64,000 bases of DNA from Auanema rhodensis (taxonomy: Eukaryota > Animalia > Nematoda), in contig OZ059897.1 of assembly GCA_964057225.1 (NCBI GenBank), forward strand, positions 2,604,001 through 2,668,000. The letters run 5' to 3'. Below are positions 18,401 to 34,299 of the stretch, piece by piece; the first letter of the stretch is position 1; each line of letters opens with the position of its first letter. The notes under the pieces were generated by a model. The model saw nothing but the letters and a program-made list of their open reading frames with translations, was not told where the DNA came from and searched no databases. Position numbers and translations under genes: made by a program.

Positions 18401-21400
18401 AATTTTTGTCAAAATGTTTTTGGAAGCAATGTTGAGTGTACATGGGAACTCAACATACACTAATGCATTATTTTTCAAACGATCATAACTAATTTTTGTA
18501 TAGAGCGTTTCTTAATGTAGTATAGTGCATTCGATGCGGATTTTTAAGCTGCGTTGATCTGTGTTATCAGATTTGAGTTAACTTAAAAATGCACCGAGTA
18601 ATCAACTGATATATGTTCACACTTATATCCTCGATTTTCACCCTGAAGAAAGGATTTTTTCGTTCAATAACATTGTCCATCGTCTTCGTCTTGAAAAAAG
18701 GAATCTAAAAACATCAACTTTTTGTGAAATTATTCAGAAATTTTTCGGGAAAATTTTTGTCAAAATGTTTTTGGAAGCAATGTTGAGTGTACATGGGAAC
18801 TCAACATACACTAATGCATTATTTTTCAAACGATCATAACTAATTTTTGTATAGAGCGTTTCTCATTGTAGTATAGTGCATTCGATGCGGATTTTTAAGC
18901 TGCGTTGATCTGTGTTATCAGATTTGAGTTAACTTAAAAATGCACCGAGTAATCAACTGATATAGGTTCACACTTATATCCTCGATTTTCACCCTGAAGA
19001 ATTAATTTTTTCGTTGAATAACATTGTCCATCGTCTTTGCCTTGAAAAAAGAAATCTAAAAACTCCTACTTTTTGTGAAATTATTTAGAAATTTTTCGGG
19101 AAAATTTTTGTCACAATGTTTTTGGAAGCAATGTTGAGTGTACATGGGAACTCAGCATACACTAATGCATTATTTTTCAAACGATCATAACTAATTTTTG
19201 TATAGAGCGTTTCTCAATGTAGTATAGTGCATTCGATGCGGATTTTTAAGCTGCGTTGATCTGTGTTTTCAGATTTGCGCTAGCTTAAAAATGCACCGAG
19301 TAATCAACTGATATAGGTTCACACTTATATCCTCGATTTTCACCCTGAAGAATTAATTTTTTCGTTGAATAACATTGTCCACCGTCTTTGCCTTGAAAAA
19401 AGAAATCTAAAAACTCCTACTTTTTGTGAAATTATTTAGAAATTTTTCCTTGAAAATTTTTGTCACAATGTTTTTGGAAGCAATGTTGAGTGTACATGGG
19501 AACTCAACATACACTAATGCATTATTTTTCAAACGATCATAACTAATTTTTGTATAGAGCGTTTCTTAATGTAGTATAGTGCATTTGATGCGGATTTTTA
19601 AGCTGTGTTGATCTGTGTTATCAGATTTGAGTTAGCTTAAAAATGCACCGAGATATCAACTGATATAGGTTCACACTTATATCCTCGATTTTCACCCTGA
19701 AGAAATGATTTTTTCGTTGAATAACATTGTCCATCGTCTTCGTCTTGAAAAAAGGAATCTAAAAACATCTACTTTCTGTGAAATTATTTAGAAATTTTTC
19801 GGGAAAATTTTTGTCAAAATGTTTTTGGAAGCAATGTTGAGTGTACATGGGAACTCAACATACACTAATGCATTATTTTTCAAACGATCATAACTAATTT
19901 TTGTATAGAGCGTTTCTCATTGTAGTATAGTGCATTCGATGCGGATTTTTAAGTTGCGTTGATCTGTGTTATCAGATTTGAGTTAGCTTAAAAATGCACC
20001 GAGATATCAACTGATATATGTTCACACTTATATCCTCGATTTTCACCCTGAAGAAAGGATTTTTTCGTTCAATAACATTGTCCATCGTCTTCGTCTTGAA
20101 AAAAGGAATCTAAAAACATCAACTTTTTGTGAAATTATTCAGAAATTTTTCGGGAAAATTTTTGTCAAAATGTTTTTGGAAGCAATGTTGAGTGTACATG
20201 GGAATTCAACATACACTAATGCATTATTTTTCAAACGATCATAACTAATTTTTGTATAGAGCGTTTCTCATTGTAGTATAGTGCATTCGATGCGGATTTT
20301 TAAGCTGCGTTGATCTGTGTTATCAGATTTGAGTTAACTTAAAAATGCACCGAGTAATCAACTGATATAGGTTCACACTTATATCCTCGATTTTCACCCT
20401 GAAGAATTAATTTTTTCGTTGAATAACATTGTCCATCGTCTTTGCCTTGAAAAAAGAAATCTGAATACTCCTACTTTTTGTGAAATTATTTAGAAATTTT
20501 TCGGGAAAATTTTGTCACAATGTTTTTGGAAGCAATGTTGAGTGTACATGGGAACTCAGCATACACTAATGCATTATTTTTCAAACGATCATAACTAATT
20601 TTTGTATAGAGCGTTTCTCAATGTAGTATAGTGCATTCGATGCGGATTTTTAAGCTGCGTTGATCTGTGTTATCAGATTTGAGTTAGCTTAAAAATGCAC
20701 CGAGATATCAACTGATATATGTTCACACTTATATCCTCGATTTTCACCCTGAAGAAAGGATTTTTTCGTTGAATAACATTGTCCATCGTCTTCGTCTTGA
20801 AAAAAGGAATCTAAAAACATCTACTTTTTGTGAAATTATTCAGAAATTTTTCGGGAAAATTTTTGTCAAAATGTTTTTGGAAGCAATGTTGAGTGTACAT
20901 GGGAACTCAACATACACTAATGCATTATTTTTCAAACGATCATAACTAATTTTTGTATAGAGCGTTTCTCATTGTAGTATAGTGCATTCGATGCGGATTT
21001 TTAAGCTGCGTTGATCTGTGTTATCAGATTTGAGTTAACTTAAAAATGCACCGAGTAATCAACTGATATAGGTTCACACTTATATCCTCGATTTTCACCC
21101 TGAAGAATTAATTTTTTCGTTGAATAACATTGTCCATCGTCTTTGCCTTGAAAAAAGAAATCTAAAAACTCCTACTTTTTGTGAAATTATTTAGAAATTT
21201 TTCGGGAAAATTTTTGTCACAATGTTTTTGGAAGCAATGTTGAGTGTACATGGGAACTCAGCATACACTAATGCATTATTTTTCAAACGATCATAACTAA
21301 TTTTTGTATAGAGCGTTTCTCAATGTAGTATAGTGCATTCGATGCGGATTTTTAAGCTGCGTTGATCTGTGTTATCAGATTTGCGCTAGCTTAAAAATGC

Positions 21401-24400
21401 ACCGAGTAATCAACTGATATAGGTTCACACTTATATCCTCGATTTTCACCCTGAAGAATTAATTTTTTCGTTGAATAACATTGTCCACCGTCTTTGCCTT
21501 GAAAAAAGAAATCTAAAAACTCCTACTTTTTGTGAAATTATTTAGAAATTTTTCCTTGAAAATTTTTGTCACAATGTTTTTGGAAGCAATGTTGAGTGTA
21601 CATGGGAACTCAACATACACTAATGCATTATTTTTCAAACGATCATAACTAATTTTTGTATAGAGCGTTTCTTAATGTAGTATAGTGCATTCGATGCGGA
21701 TTTTTAAGCTGCGTTGATCTGTGTTATCAGATTTGAGTTAGCTTAAAAATGCACCGAGATATCAACTGATATATGTTCACACTTATATCCTCGATTTTCA
21801 CCCTGAAGAAATGATTTTTTCGTTGAATAACATTGTCCATCGTCTTCGTCTTGAAAAAAGGAATCTAAAAACATCTACTTTTTGTGAAATTATTTAGAAA
21901 TTTTTCGGGAAAATTTTTGTCAAAATGTTTTTGGAAGCAATGTTGAGTGTACATGGGAACTCAACATACACTAATGCATTATTTTTCAAACGATCATAAC
22001 TAATTTTTGTATAGAGCGTTTCTCAATGTAGTATAGTGCATTCGATGCGGATTTGTAAGCTGCGTTGATCTGTGTTATCAGATTTGAGTTAACTTAAAAA
22101 TGCACCGAGATATCAACTGATATATGTTCACACTTATATCCTCGATTTTCACCCTGAAGAAATGATTTTTTCGTTGAAAAACATTGTCCATCGTATTTGT
22201 CTTGAAAAAAGGAATCTAAAAACATCTACTTTTTGTGAAATTATTTAGAAATTTTTCGGGAAAATTTTTGTCAAAATGTTTTTGGAAGCAATGTTGAGTG
22301 TACATGGGAACTCAACATACACTAATGCATTATTTTTCAAACGATCATAACTAATTTTTGTATAGAGCGTTTCTCAATGTAGTATAGTGCATTCGATGCG
22401 GATTTTTAAGCTGCGTTGATCTGTGTTATCAGATTTGAGTTAACTTAAAAATGCACCGAGATATCAACTGATATAGGTTCACACATATATCCTCGATTTT
22501 CACCCTGAAGAAATGATTTTTTCGTTGAAAAACATTGTCCATCGTCTTCGTCTTGAAAAAAGGAATCTAAAAACATCTACTTTTTGTGAAATTATTCAGA
22601 AATTTTTCGGGAAAATTTTTGTCAAAATGTTTTTGGAAGCAATGTTGAGTGTACATGGGAACTCAACATACACTAATGCATTATTTTTCAAACGATCATA
22701 ACTAATTTTTGTTTAGATTGTTTCTCATTGTAGTATAGTGCATTCGATGCGGATTTTTAAGATGCGTTGATCTGTGTTATCAGATTTGAGTTAACTGAAA
22801 AATGCACCGAGATATCAACTGATATAGGTTCACACTTATATCCTCGATTTTCACCCTGAAGAAATGATTTTTTCGTTGAATAACATTGTCCATCGTCTTC
22901 GTCTTGAAAAAAGGAATCTAAAAACATCTACTTTCTGTGAAATAATTCAGAAATTTTTCGGGAAAATTTTTGTCAAAATGTTTTTGGAAGCAATGTTGAG
23001 TGTACATGGGAACTCAACATACACTAATGCATTATTTTTCAAACGATCATAACTAATTTTTGTTTAGATTGTTTCTTATTGTAGTATAGTGCATTCGATG
23101 CGGATTTTTAAGATGCGTTGATCTGTGTTATCAGATTTGAGTTAACTGAAAAATGCACCGAGATATCAACTGATATAGGTTCACACTTATATCCTCGATT
23201 TTCACCCTGAAGAAATGATTTTTTCGTTGAATAACATTGTCCATCGTCTTCGTCTTGAAAAAAGGAATCTAAAAACATCTACTTTCTGTGAAATTATTTA
23301 GAAATTTTTCGGGAAAATTTTTGTCAAAATGTTTTTGGAAGCAATGTTGAGTGTACATGGGAACTCAACATACACTAATGCATTATTTTTCAAACGATCA
23401 TAACTAATTTTTGTATAGAGCGTTTCTCATTGTAGTATAGTGCATTCGATGCGGATTTTTAAGCTGCGTTGATCTGTGTTATCAGATTTGAGTTAACTTA
23501 AAAATGCACCGAGATATCAACTGATATATGTTCACACTTATATCCTCGATTTTCACCCTGAAGAAAGGATTTTTTCGTTCAATAACATTGTCCATCGTCT
23601 TCGTCTTGAAAAAAGGAATCTAAAAACATCAACTTTTTGTGAAATTATTCAGAAATTTTTCGGGAAAATTTTTGTCAAAATGTTTTTGGAAGCAATGTTG
23701 AGTGTACATGGGAACTCAACATACACTAATGCATTATTTTTCAAACGATCATAACTAATTTTTGTATAGAGCGTTTCTCATTGTAGTATAGTGCATTCGA
23801 TGCGGATTTTTAAGCTGCGTTGATCTGTGTTATCAGATTTGAGTTAACTTAAAAATGCACCGAGTAATCAACTGATATAGGTTCACACTTATATCCTCGA
23901 TTTTCACCCTGAAGAATTAATTTTTTCGTTGAATAACATTGTCCATCGTCTTTGCCTTGAAAAAAGAAATCTGAATACTCCTACTTTTTGTGAAATTATT
24001 TAGAAATTTTTCGGGAAAATTTTTGTCACAATGTTTTTGGAAGCAATGTTGAGTGTACATGGGAACTCAGCATACACTAATGCATTATTTTTCAAACGAT
24101 CATAACTAATTTTTGTATAGAGCGTTTCTCAATGTAGTATAGTGCATTCGATGCGGATTTTTAAGCTGCGTTGATCTGTGTTATCAGATTTGAATTAGCT
24201 TAAAAATGCACCGAGATATCAACTGATATATGTTCACACTTATATCCTCGATTTTCACCCTGAAGAAAGGATTTTTTCGTTGAATAACATTGTCCATCGT
24301 CTTCGTCTTGAAAAAAGGAATCTAAAAACATCTACTTTCTGTGAAATTATTCAGAAATTTTTCGGTAAAATTTTTGTCAAAATGTTTTTGGAAGCAATGT

Positions 24401-27400
24401 TGAGTGTACATGGGAACTCAACATACACTAATGCATTATTTTTCAAACGATCATAACTAATTTTTGTATAGAGCGTTTCTCATTGTAGTATAGTGCATTC
24501 GATGCGGATTTTTAAGCTGCGTTGATCTGTGTTATCAGATTTGAGTTAACTTAAAAATGCACCGAGTAATCAACTGATATAGGTTCACACATATATCCTC
24601 GATTTTCACCCTGAAGAATTAATTTTTTCGTTGAATAACATTGTCCATCGTCTTTGCCTTGAAAAAAGAAATCTAAAAACTCCTACTTTTTGTGAAATTA
24701 TTTAGAAATTTTTCGGGAAAATTTTTGTCACAATGTTTTTGGAAGCAATGTTGAGTGTACATGGGAACTCAGCATACACTAATGCATTATTTTTCAAACG
24801 ATCATAACTAATTTTTGTATAGAGCGTTTCTCAATGTAGTATAGTGCATTCGATGCGGATTTTTAAGCTGCGTTGATCTGTGTTATCAGATTTGCGCTAG
24901 CTTAAAAATGCACCGAGTAATCAACTGATATAGGTTCACACTTATATCCTCGATTTTCACCCTGAAGAATTAATTTTTTCGTTGAATAACATTGTCCATC
25001 GTCTTTGCCTTGAAAAAAGAAATCTAAAAACTCCTACTTTTTGTGAAATTATTTAGAAATTTTTCGGGAAAATTTTTGTCACAATGTTTTTGGAAGCAAT
25101 GTTGAGTGTACATGGGAACTCAGCATACACTAATGCATTATTTTTCAAACGATCATAACTAATTTTTGTATAGAGCGTTTCTCAATGTAGTATAGTGCAT
25201 TCGATGCGGATTTTTAAGCTGCGTTGATCTGTGTTATCAGATTTGCGCTAGCTTAAAAATGCACCGAGTAATCAACTGATATAGGTTCACACTTATATCC
25301 TCGATTTTCACCCTGAAGAATTAATTTTTTCGTTGAATAACATTGTCCACCGTCTTTGCCTTGAAAAAAGAATACTAAAAACTCCTACTTTTTGTGAAAT
25401 TATTTAGAAATTTTTCCTTGAAAATTTTTGTCACAATGTTTTTGGAAGCAATGTTGAGTGTACATGGGAACTCAACATACACTAATGCATTATTTTTCAA
25501 ACGATCATAACTAATTTTTGTATAGAGCGTTTCTTAATGTAGTATAGTGCATTCGATGCGGATTTTTAAGCTGCGTTGATCTGTGTTATCAGATTTGAGT
25601 TAACTTAAAAATGCACCGAGTAATCAACTGATATAGGTTCACACTTATATCCTCGATTTTCACCCTGAAGAATTAATTTTTTCGTTGAATAACATTGTCC
25701 ATCGTCTTTGCCTTGAAAAAAGAAATCTGAATACTCCTACTTTTTGTGAAATTATTTAGAAATTTTTCGGGAAAATTTTGTCACAATGTTTTTGGAAGCA
25801 ATGTTGAGTGTACATGGGAACTCAGCATACACTAATGCATTATTTTTCAAACGATCATAACTAATTTTTGTATAGAGCGTTTCTCAATGTAGTATAGTGC
25901 ATTCGATGCGGATTTTTAAGCTGCGTTGATCTGTGTTATCAGATTTGAGTTAGCTTAAAAATGCACCGAGATATCAACTGATATATGTTCACACTTATAT
26001 CCTCGATTTTCACCCTGAAGAAAGGATTTTTTCGTTGAATAACATTGTCCATCGTCTTCGTCTTGAAAAAAGGAATCTGAATACATCTACTTTTTGTGAA
26101 ATTATTCAGAAATTTTTCGGGAAAATTTTTGTCAAAATGTTTTTGGAAGCAATGTTGAGTGTACATGGGAACTCAACATACACTAATGCATTATTTTTCA
26201 AACGATCATAACTAATTTTTGTATAGAGCGTTTCTCATTGTAGTATAGTGCATTCGATGCGGATTTTTAAGCTGCGTTGATCTGTGTTATCAGATTTGAG
26301 TTAACTTAAAAATGCACCGAGTAATCAACTGATATAGGTTCACACTTATATCCTCGATTTTCACCCTGAAGAATTAATTTTTTCGTTGAATAACATTGTC
26401 CATCGTCTTTGCCTTGAAAAAAGAAATCTAAAAACTCCTACTTTTTGTGAAATTATTTAGAAATTTTTCGGGAAAATTTTTGTCACAATGTTTTTGGAAG
26501 CAATGTTGAGTGTACATGGGAACTCAGCATACACTAATGCATTATTTTTCAAACGATCATAACTAATTTTTGTATAGAGCGTTTCTCAATGTAGTATAGT
26601 GCATTCGATGCGGATTTTTAAGCTGCGTTGATCTGTGTTATCAGATTTGAGTTAACTGAAAAATGCACCGAGATATCAACTGATATAGGTTCACACTTAT
26701 ATCCTCGATTTTCACCCTGAAGAATTAATTTTTTCGTTGAATAACATTGTCCACCGTCTTTGCCTTGAAAAAAGAAATCTAGAAACTCCTACTTTTTGTG
26801 AAATTATTTAGAAATTTTTCCTTGAAAATTTTTGTCACAATGTTTTTGGAAGCAATGTTGAGTGTACATGGGAACTCAACATACACTAATGCATTATTTT
26901 TCAAACGATCATAACTAATTTTTGTATAGAGCGTTTCTTAATGTAGTATAGTGCATTCGATGCGGATTTTTAAGCTGCGTTGATCTGTGTTATCAGATTT
27001 GAGTTAGCTTAAAAATGCACCGAGATATCAACTGATATATGTTCACACTTATATCCTCGATTTTCACCCTGAAGAAATGATTTTTTCGTTGAATAACATT
27101 GTCCATCGTCTTCGTCTTGAAAAAAGGAATCTAAAAACATCTACTTTTTGTGAAATTATTTAGAAATTTTTCGGGAAAATTTTTGTCAAAATGTTTTTGG
27201 AAGCAATGTTGAGTGTACATGGGAACTCAACATACACTAATGCATTATTTTTCAAACGATCATAACTAATTTTTGTATAGAGCGTTTCTCAATGTAGTAT
27301 AGTGCATTCGATGCGGATTTGTAAGCTGCGTTGATCTGTGTTATCAGATTTGAGTTAACTTAAAAATGCACCGAGATATCAACTGATATATGTTCACACT

Positions 27401-30400
27401 TATATCCTCGATTTTCACCCTGAAGAAATGATTTTTTCGTTGAAAAACATTGTCCATCGTATTCGTCTTGAAAAAAGGAATCTAAAAACATCTACTTTTT
27501 GTGAAATTATTTAGAAATTTTTCGGGAAAATTTTTGTCAAAATGTTTTTGGAAGCAATGTTGAGTGTACATGGGAACTCAACATACACTAATGCATTATT
27601 TTTCAAACGATCATAACTAATTTTTGTATAGAGCGTTTCTCAATGTAGTATAGTGCATTCGATGCGGATTTTTAAGCTGCGTTGATCTGTGTTATCAGAT
27701 TTGAGTTAACTTAAAAATGCACCGAGATATCAACTGATATAGGTTCACACATATATCCTCGATTTTCACCCTGAAGAAATGATTTTTTCGTTGAAAAACA
27801 TTGTCCATCGTCTTCGTCTTGAAAAAAGGAATCTAAAAACATCTACTTTTTGTGAAATAATTCAGAAATTTTTCGGGAAAATTTTTGTCAAAATGTTTTT
27901 GGAAGCAATGTTGAGTGTACATGGGAACTCAACATACACTAATGCATTATTTTTCAAACGATCATAACTAATTTTTGTTTAGATTGTTTCTTATTGTAGT
28001 ATAGTGCATTCGATGCGGATTTGTAAGCTGCGTTGATCTGTGTTATCAGATTTGAGTTAACTTAAAAATGCACCGAGATATCAACTGATATATGTTCACA
28101 CTTATATCCTCGATTTTCACCCTGAAGAAATGATTTTTTCGTTGAAAAACATTGTCCATCGTATTCGTCTTGAAAAAAGGAATCTAAAAACATCTACTTT
28201 TTGTGAAATTATTTAGAAATTTTTCGGGAAAATTTTTGTCAAAATGTTTTTGGAAGCAATGTTGAGTGTACATGGGAACTCAACATACACTAATGCATTA
28301 TTTTTCAAACGATCATAACTAATTTTTGTATAGAGCGTTTCTCAATGTAGTATAGTGCATTCGATGCGGATTTTTAAGCTGCGTTGATCTGTGTTATCAG
28401 ATTTGAGTTAACTTAAAAATGCACCGAGATATCAACTGATATAGGTTCACACATATATCCTCGATTTTCACCCTGAAGAAATGATTTTTTCGTTGAAAAA
28501 CATTGTCCATCGTCTTCGTCTTGAAAAAAGGAATCTAAAAACATCTACTTTTTGTGAAATTATTCAGAAATTTTTCGGGAAAATTTTTGTCAAAATGTTT
28601 TTGGAAGCAATGTTGAGTGTACATGGGAACTCAACATACACTAATGCATTATTTTTCAAACGATCATAACTAATTTTTGTTTAGATTGTTTCTCATTGTA
28701 GTATAGTGCATTCGATGCGGATTTTTAAGATGCGTTGATCTGTGTTATCAGATTTGAGTTAACTGAAAAATGCACCGAGATATCAACTGATATAGGTTCA
28801 CACTTATATCCTCGATTTTCACCCTGAAGAAATGATTTTTTCGTTGAATAACATTGTCCATCGTCTTCGTCTTGAAAAAAGGAATCTAAAAACATCTACT
28901 TTCTGTGAAATTATTTAGAAATTTTTCGGGAAAATTTTTGTCAAAATGTTTTTGGAAGCAATGTTGAGTGTACATGGGAACTCAACATACACTAATGCAT
29001 TATTTTTCAAACGATCATAACTAATTTTTGTATAGAGCGTTTCTCATTGTAGTATAGTGCATTCGATGCGGATTTTTAAGCTGCGTTGATCTGTGTTATC
29101 AGATTTGAGTTAACTTAAAAATGCACCGAGATATCAACTGATATAGGTTCACACATATATCCTCGATTTTCACCCTGAAGAAATGATTTTTTCGTTGAAA
29201 AACATTGTCCATCGTCTTCGTCTTGAAAAAAGGAATCTAAAAACATCTACTTTTTGTGAAATAATTCAGAAATTTTTCGGGAAAATTTTTGTCAAAATGT
29301 TTTTGGAAGCAATGTTGAGTGTACATGGGAACTCAACATACACTAATGCATTATTTTTCAAACGATCATAACTAATTTTTGTTTAGATTGTTTCTTATTG
29401 TAGTATAGTGCATTCGATGCGGATTTTTAAGATGCGTTGATCTGTGTTATCAGATTTGAGTTAACTGAAAAATGCACCGAGATATCAACTGATATAGGTT
29501 CACACTTATATCCTCGATTTTCACCCTGAAGAAATGATTTTTTCGTTGAATAACATTGTCCATCGTCTTCGTCTTGAAAAAAGGAATCTAAAAACATCTA
29601 CTTTCTGTGAAATTATTTAGAAATTTTTCGGGAAAATTTTTGTCAAAATGTTTTTGGAAGCAATGTTGAGTGTACATGGGAACTCAACATACACTAATGC
29701 ATTATTTTTCAAACGATCATAACTAATTTTTGTATAGAGCGTTTCTCATTGTAGTATAGTGCATTCGATGCGGATTTTTAAGCTGCGTTGATCTGTGTTA
29801 TCAGATTTGAGTTAACTTAAAAATGCACCGAGATATCAACTGATATATGTTCACACTTATATCCTCGATTTTCACCCTGAAGAAAGGATTTTTTCGTTCA
29901 ATAACATTGTCCATCGTCTTCGTCTTGAAAAAAGGAATCTAAAAACATCAACTTTTTGTGAAATTATTCAGAAATTTTTCGGGAAAATTTTTGTCAAAAT
30001 GTTTTTGGAAGCAATGTTGAGTGTACATGGGAACTCAACATACACTAATGCATTATTTTTCAAACGATCATAACTAATTTTTGTATAGAGCGTTTCTCAT
30101 TGTAGTATAGTGCATTCGATGCGGATTTTTAAGCTGCGTTGATCTGTGTTATCAGATTTGAGTTAACTTAAAAATGCACCGAGTAATCAACTGATATAGG
30201 TTCACACTTATATCCTCGATTTTCACCCTGAAGAATTAATTTTTTCGTTGAATAACATTGTCCATCGTCTTTGCCTTGAAAAAAGAAATCTGAATACTCC
30301 TACTTTTTGTGAAATTATTTAGAAATTTTTCGGGAAAATTTTTGTCACAATGTTTTTGGAAGCAATGTTGAGTGTACATGGGAACTCAGCATACACTAAT

Positions 30401-33400
30401 GCATTATTTTTCAAACGATCATAACTAATTTTTGTATAGAGCGTTTCTCAATGTAGTATAGTGCATTCGATGCGGATTTTTAAGCTGCGTTGATCTGTGT
30501 TATCAGATTTGAATTAGCTTAAAAATGCACCGAGATATCAACTGATATATGTTCACACTTATATCCTCGATTTTCACCCTGAAGAAAGGATTTTTTCGTT
30601 GAATAACATTGTCCATCGTCTTCGTCTTGAAAAAAGGAATCTAAAAACATCTACTTTCTGTGAAATTATTCAGAAATTTTTCGGTAAAATTTTTGTCAAA
30701 ATGTTTTTGGAAGCAATGTTGAGTGTACATGGGAACTCAACATACACTAATGCATTATTTTTCAAACGATCATAACTAATTTTTGTATAGAGCGTTTCTC
30801 ATTGTAGTATAGTGCATTCGATGCGGATTTTTAAGCTGCGTTGATCTGTGTTATCAGATTTGAGTTAACTTAAAAATGCACCGAGTAATCAACTGATATA
30901 GGTTCACACATATATCCTCGATTTTCACCCTGAAGAATTAATTTTTTCGTTGAATAACATTGTCCATCGTCTTTGCCTTGAAAAAAGAAATCTAAAAACT
31001 CCTACTTTTTGTGAAATTATTTAGAAATTTTTCGGGAAAATTTTTGTCACAATGTTTTTGGAAGCAATGTTGAGTGTACATGGGAACTCAGCATACACTA
31101 ATGCATTATTTTTCAAACGATCATAACTAATTTTTGTATAGAGCGTTTCTCAATGTAGTATAGTGCATTCGATGCGGATTTTTAAGCTGCGTTGATCTGT
31201 GTTATCAGATTTGCGCTAGCTTAAAAATGCACCGAGTAATCAACTGATATAGGTTCACACTTATATCCTCGATTTTCACCCTGAAGAATTAATTTTTTCG
31301 TTGAATAACATTGTCCATCGTCTTTGCCTTGAAAAAAGAAATCTAAAAACTCCTACTTTTTGTGAAATTATTTAGAAATTTTTCGGGAAAATTTTTGTCA
31401 CAATGTTTTTGGAAGCAATGTTGAGTGTACATGGGAACTCAGCATACACTAATGCATTATTTTTCAAACGATCATAACTAATTTTTGTATAGAGCGTTTC
31501 TCAATGTAGTATAGTGCATTCGATGCGGATTTTTAAGCTGCGTTGATCTGTGTTATCAGATTTGCGCTAGCTTAAAAATGCACCGAGTAATCAACTGATA
31601 TAGGTTCACACTTATATCCTCGATTTTCACCCTGAAGAATTAATTTTTTCGTTGAATAACATTGTCCACCGTCTTTGCCTTGAAAAAAGAATACTAAAAA
31701 CTCCTACTTTTTGTGAAATTATTTAGAAATTTTTCCTTGAAAATTTTTGTCACAATGTTTTTGGAAGCAATGTTGAGTGTACATGGGAACTCAACATACA
31801 CTAATGCATTATTTTTCAAACGATCATAACTAATTTTTGTATAGAGCGTTTCTTAATGTAGTATAGTGCATTCGATGCGGATTTTTAAGCTGCGTTGATC
31901 TGTGTTATCAGATTTGAGTTAGCTTAAAAATGCACCGAGATATCAACTGATATATGTTCACACTTATATCCTCGATTTTCACCCTGAAGAAATGATTTTT
32001 TCGTTGAATAACATTGTCCATCGTCTTCGTCTTGAAAAAAGGAATCTAAAAACATCTACTTTTTGTGAAATTATTTAGAAATTTTTCGGGAAAATTTTTG
32101 TCAAAATGTTTTTGGAAGCAATGTTGAGTGTACATGGGAACTCAACATACACTAATGCATTATTTTTCAAACGATCATAACTAATTTTTGTATAGAGCGT
32201 TTCTCATTGTAGTATAGTGCATTCGATGTGGATTTTTAAGCTGCGTTGATCTGTGTTATCAGATTTGAGTTAACTTAAAAATGCACCGAGATATCAACTG
32301 ATATAGGTTCACACATATATCCTCGATTTTCACCCTGAAGAAATGATTTTTTCGTTGAAAAACATTGTCCATCGTCTTCGTCTTGAAAAAAGGAATCTAA
32401 AAAGATCTACTTTTTGTGAAATTATTTAGAAATTTTTCGGGAAAATTTTTGTCAAAATGTTTTTGGAAGCAATGTTGAGTGTACATGGGAACTCAACATA
32501 CACTAATGCATTATTTTTCAAACGATCATAACTAATTTTTGTTTAGATTGTTTCTCATTGAAGTATAGTGCATTCGATGCGGATTTTTAAGCTGCGTTGA
32601 TCTGTGTTATCAGATTTGAGTTAACTGAAAAATGCACCGAGATATCAACTGATATAGGTTCACACTTATATCCTCGATTTTCACCCTGAAGAAATGATTT
32701 TTTCGTTGAAAAACATTGTCCATCGTATTAGTCTTGAAAAAAGGAATCTAAAAACATCTACTTTTTGTGAAATTATTTAGAAATTTTTCGGGAAAATTTT
32801 TGTCAAAATGTTTTTGGAAGCAATGTTGAGTGTACATGAGAACTCAACATACACTAATGCATTATTTTTCAAACGATCATAACTAATTTTTGTTTAGATT
32901 GTTTCTCATTGTAGTATAGTGCATTCGATGCGGATTTTTAAGCTGCGTTGATCTGTGTTATCAGATTTGAGTTAACTGAAAAATGCACCGAGATATCAAC
33001 TGATATAGGTTCACACTTATATCCTCGATTTTCACCCTGAAGAAATGATTTTTTCGTTGAATAACATTGTCCATCGTCTTCGTCTTGAAAAAAGGAATCT
33101 AAAAACATCTACTTTCTGTGAAATTATTTAGAAATTTTTCGGGAAAATTTTTGTCAAAATGTTTTTGGAAGCAATGTTGAGTGTACATGGGAACTCAACA
33201 TACACTAATGCATTATTTTTCAAACGATCATAACTAATTTTTGTTTAGATTGTTTCTCATTGTAGTATAGTGCATTCGATGCGGATTTTTAAGATGCGTT
33301 GATCTGTGTTATCAGATTTGAGTTAACTGAAAAATGCACCGAGATATCAACTGATATAGGTTCACACTTATATCCTCGATTTTCACCCTGAAGAAATGAT

Positions 33401-34299
33401 TTTTTCGTTGAATAACATTGTCCATCGTCTTCGTCTTGAAAAAAGAAATCTAAAAACATCTACTTTCTGTGAAATTATTTAGAAATTTTTCGGGAAAATT
33501 TTTGTCACAATGTTTTTGGAAGCAATGTTGAGTGTACATGGGAACTCAGCATACACTAATGCATTATTTTTCAAACGATCATAACTAATTTTTGTATAGA
33601 GCGTTTCTCAATGTAGTATAGTGCATTCGATGCGGATTTTTAAGCTGCGTTGATCTGTGTTATCAAATTTGAGTTAGCTTAAAAATGCACCGAAATATCA
33701 ACTGATATATGTTCACACTTATATCCTCGATTTTCACCCTGAAGAAATGATTTTTTCGTTGAAAAACATTGTCCATCGTATTCGTCTTGCAAAAAAGGAA
33801 TCTAAAAACATCTACTTTTTGTGAAATTATTTAGAAATTTTTCGGGAACATTTTTGTCAAAATGTTTTTGGAAGCAATGTTGAGTGTACATGGGAACTCA
33901 ACATACACTAATGCATTATTTTTCAAACGATCATAACTAATTTTTGTATAGAGCGTTTCTCATTGTAGTATAGTGCATTCGATGCGGATTTTTAAGCTGC
34001 GTTGATCTGTGTTATCAGATTTGAGTTAACTTAAAAATGCACCGAGTAATCAACTGATATAGGTTCACACTTATATCCTCGATTTTCACCCTGAAGAATT
34101 AATTTTTTCGTTGAATAACATTGTCCATCGTCTTTGCCTTGAAAAAAGAAATCTAAAAACTCCTACTTTTTGTGAAATTATTTAGAAATTTTTCGGGAAA
34201 ATTTTTGTCACAATGTTTTTGGAAGCAATGTTGAGTGTACATGGGAACTCAGCATACACTAATGCATTATTTTTCAAACGATCATAACTAATTTTTGTA

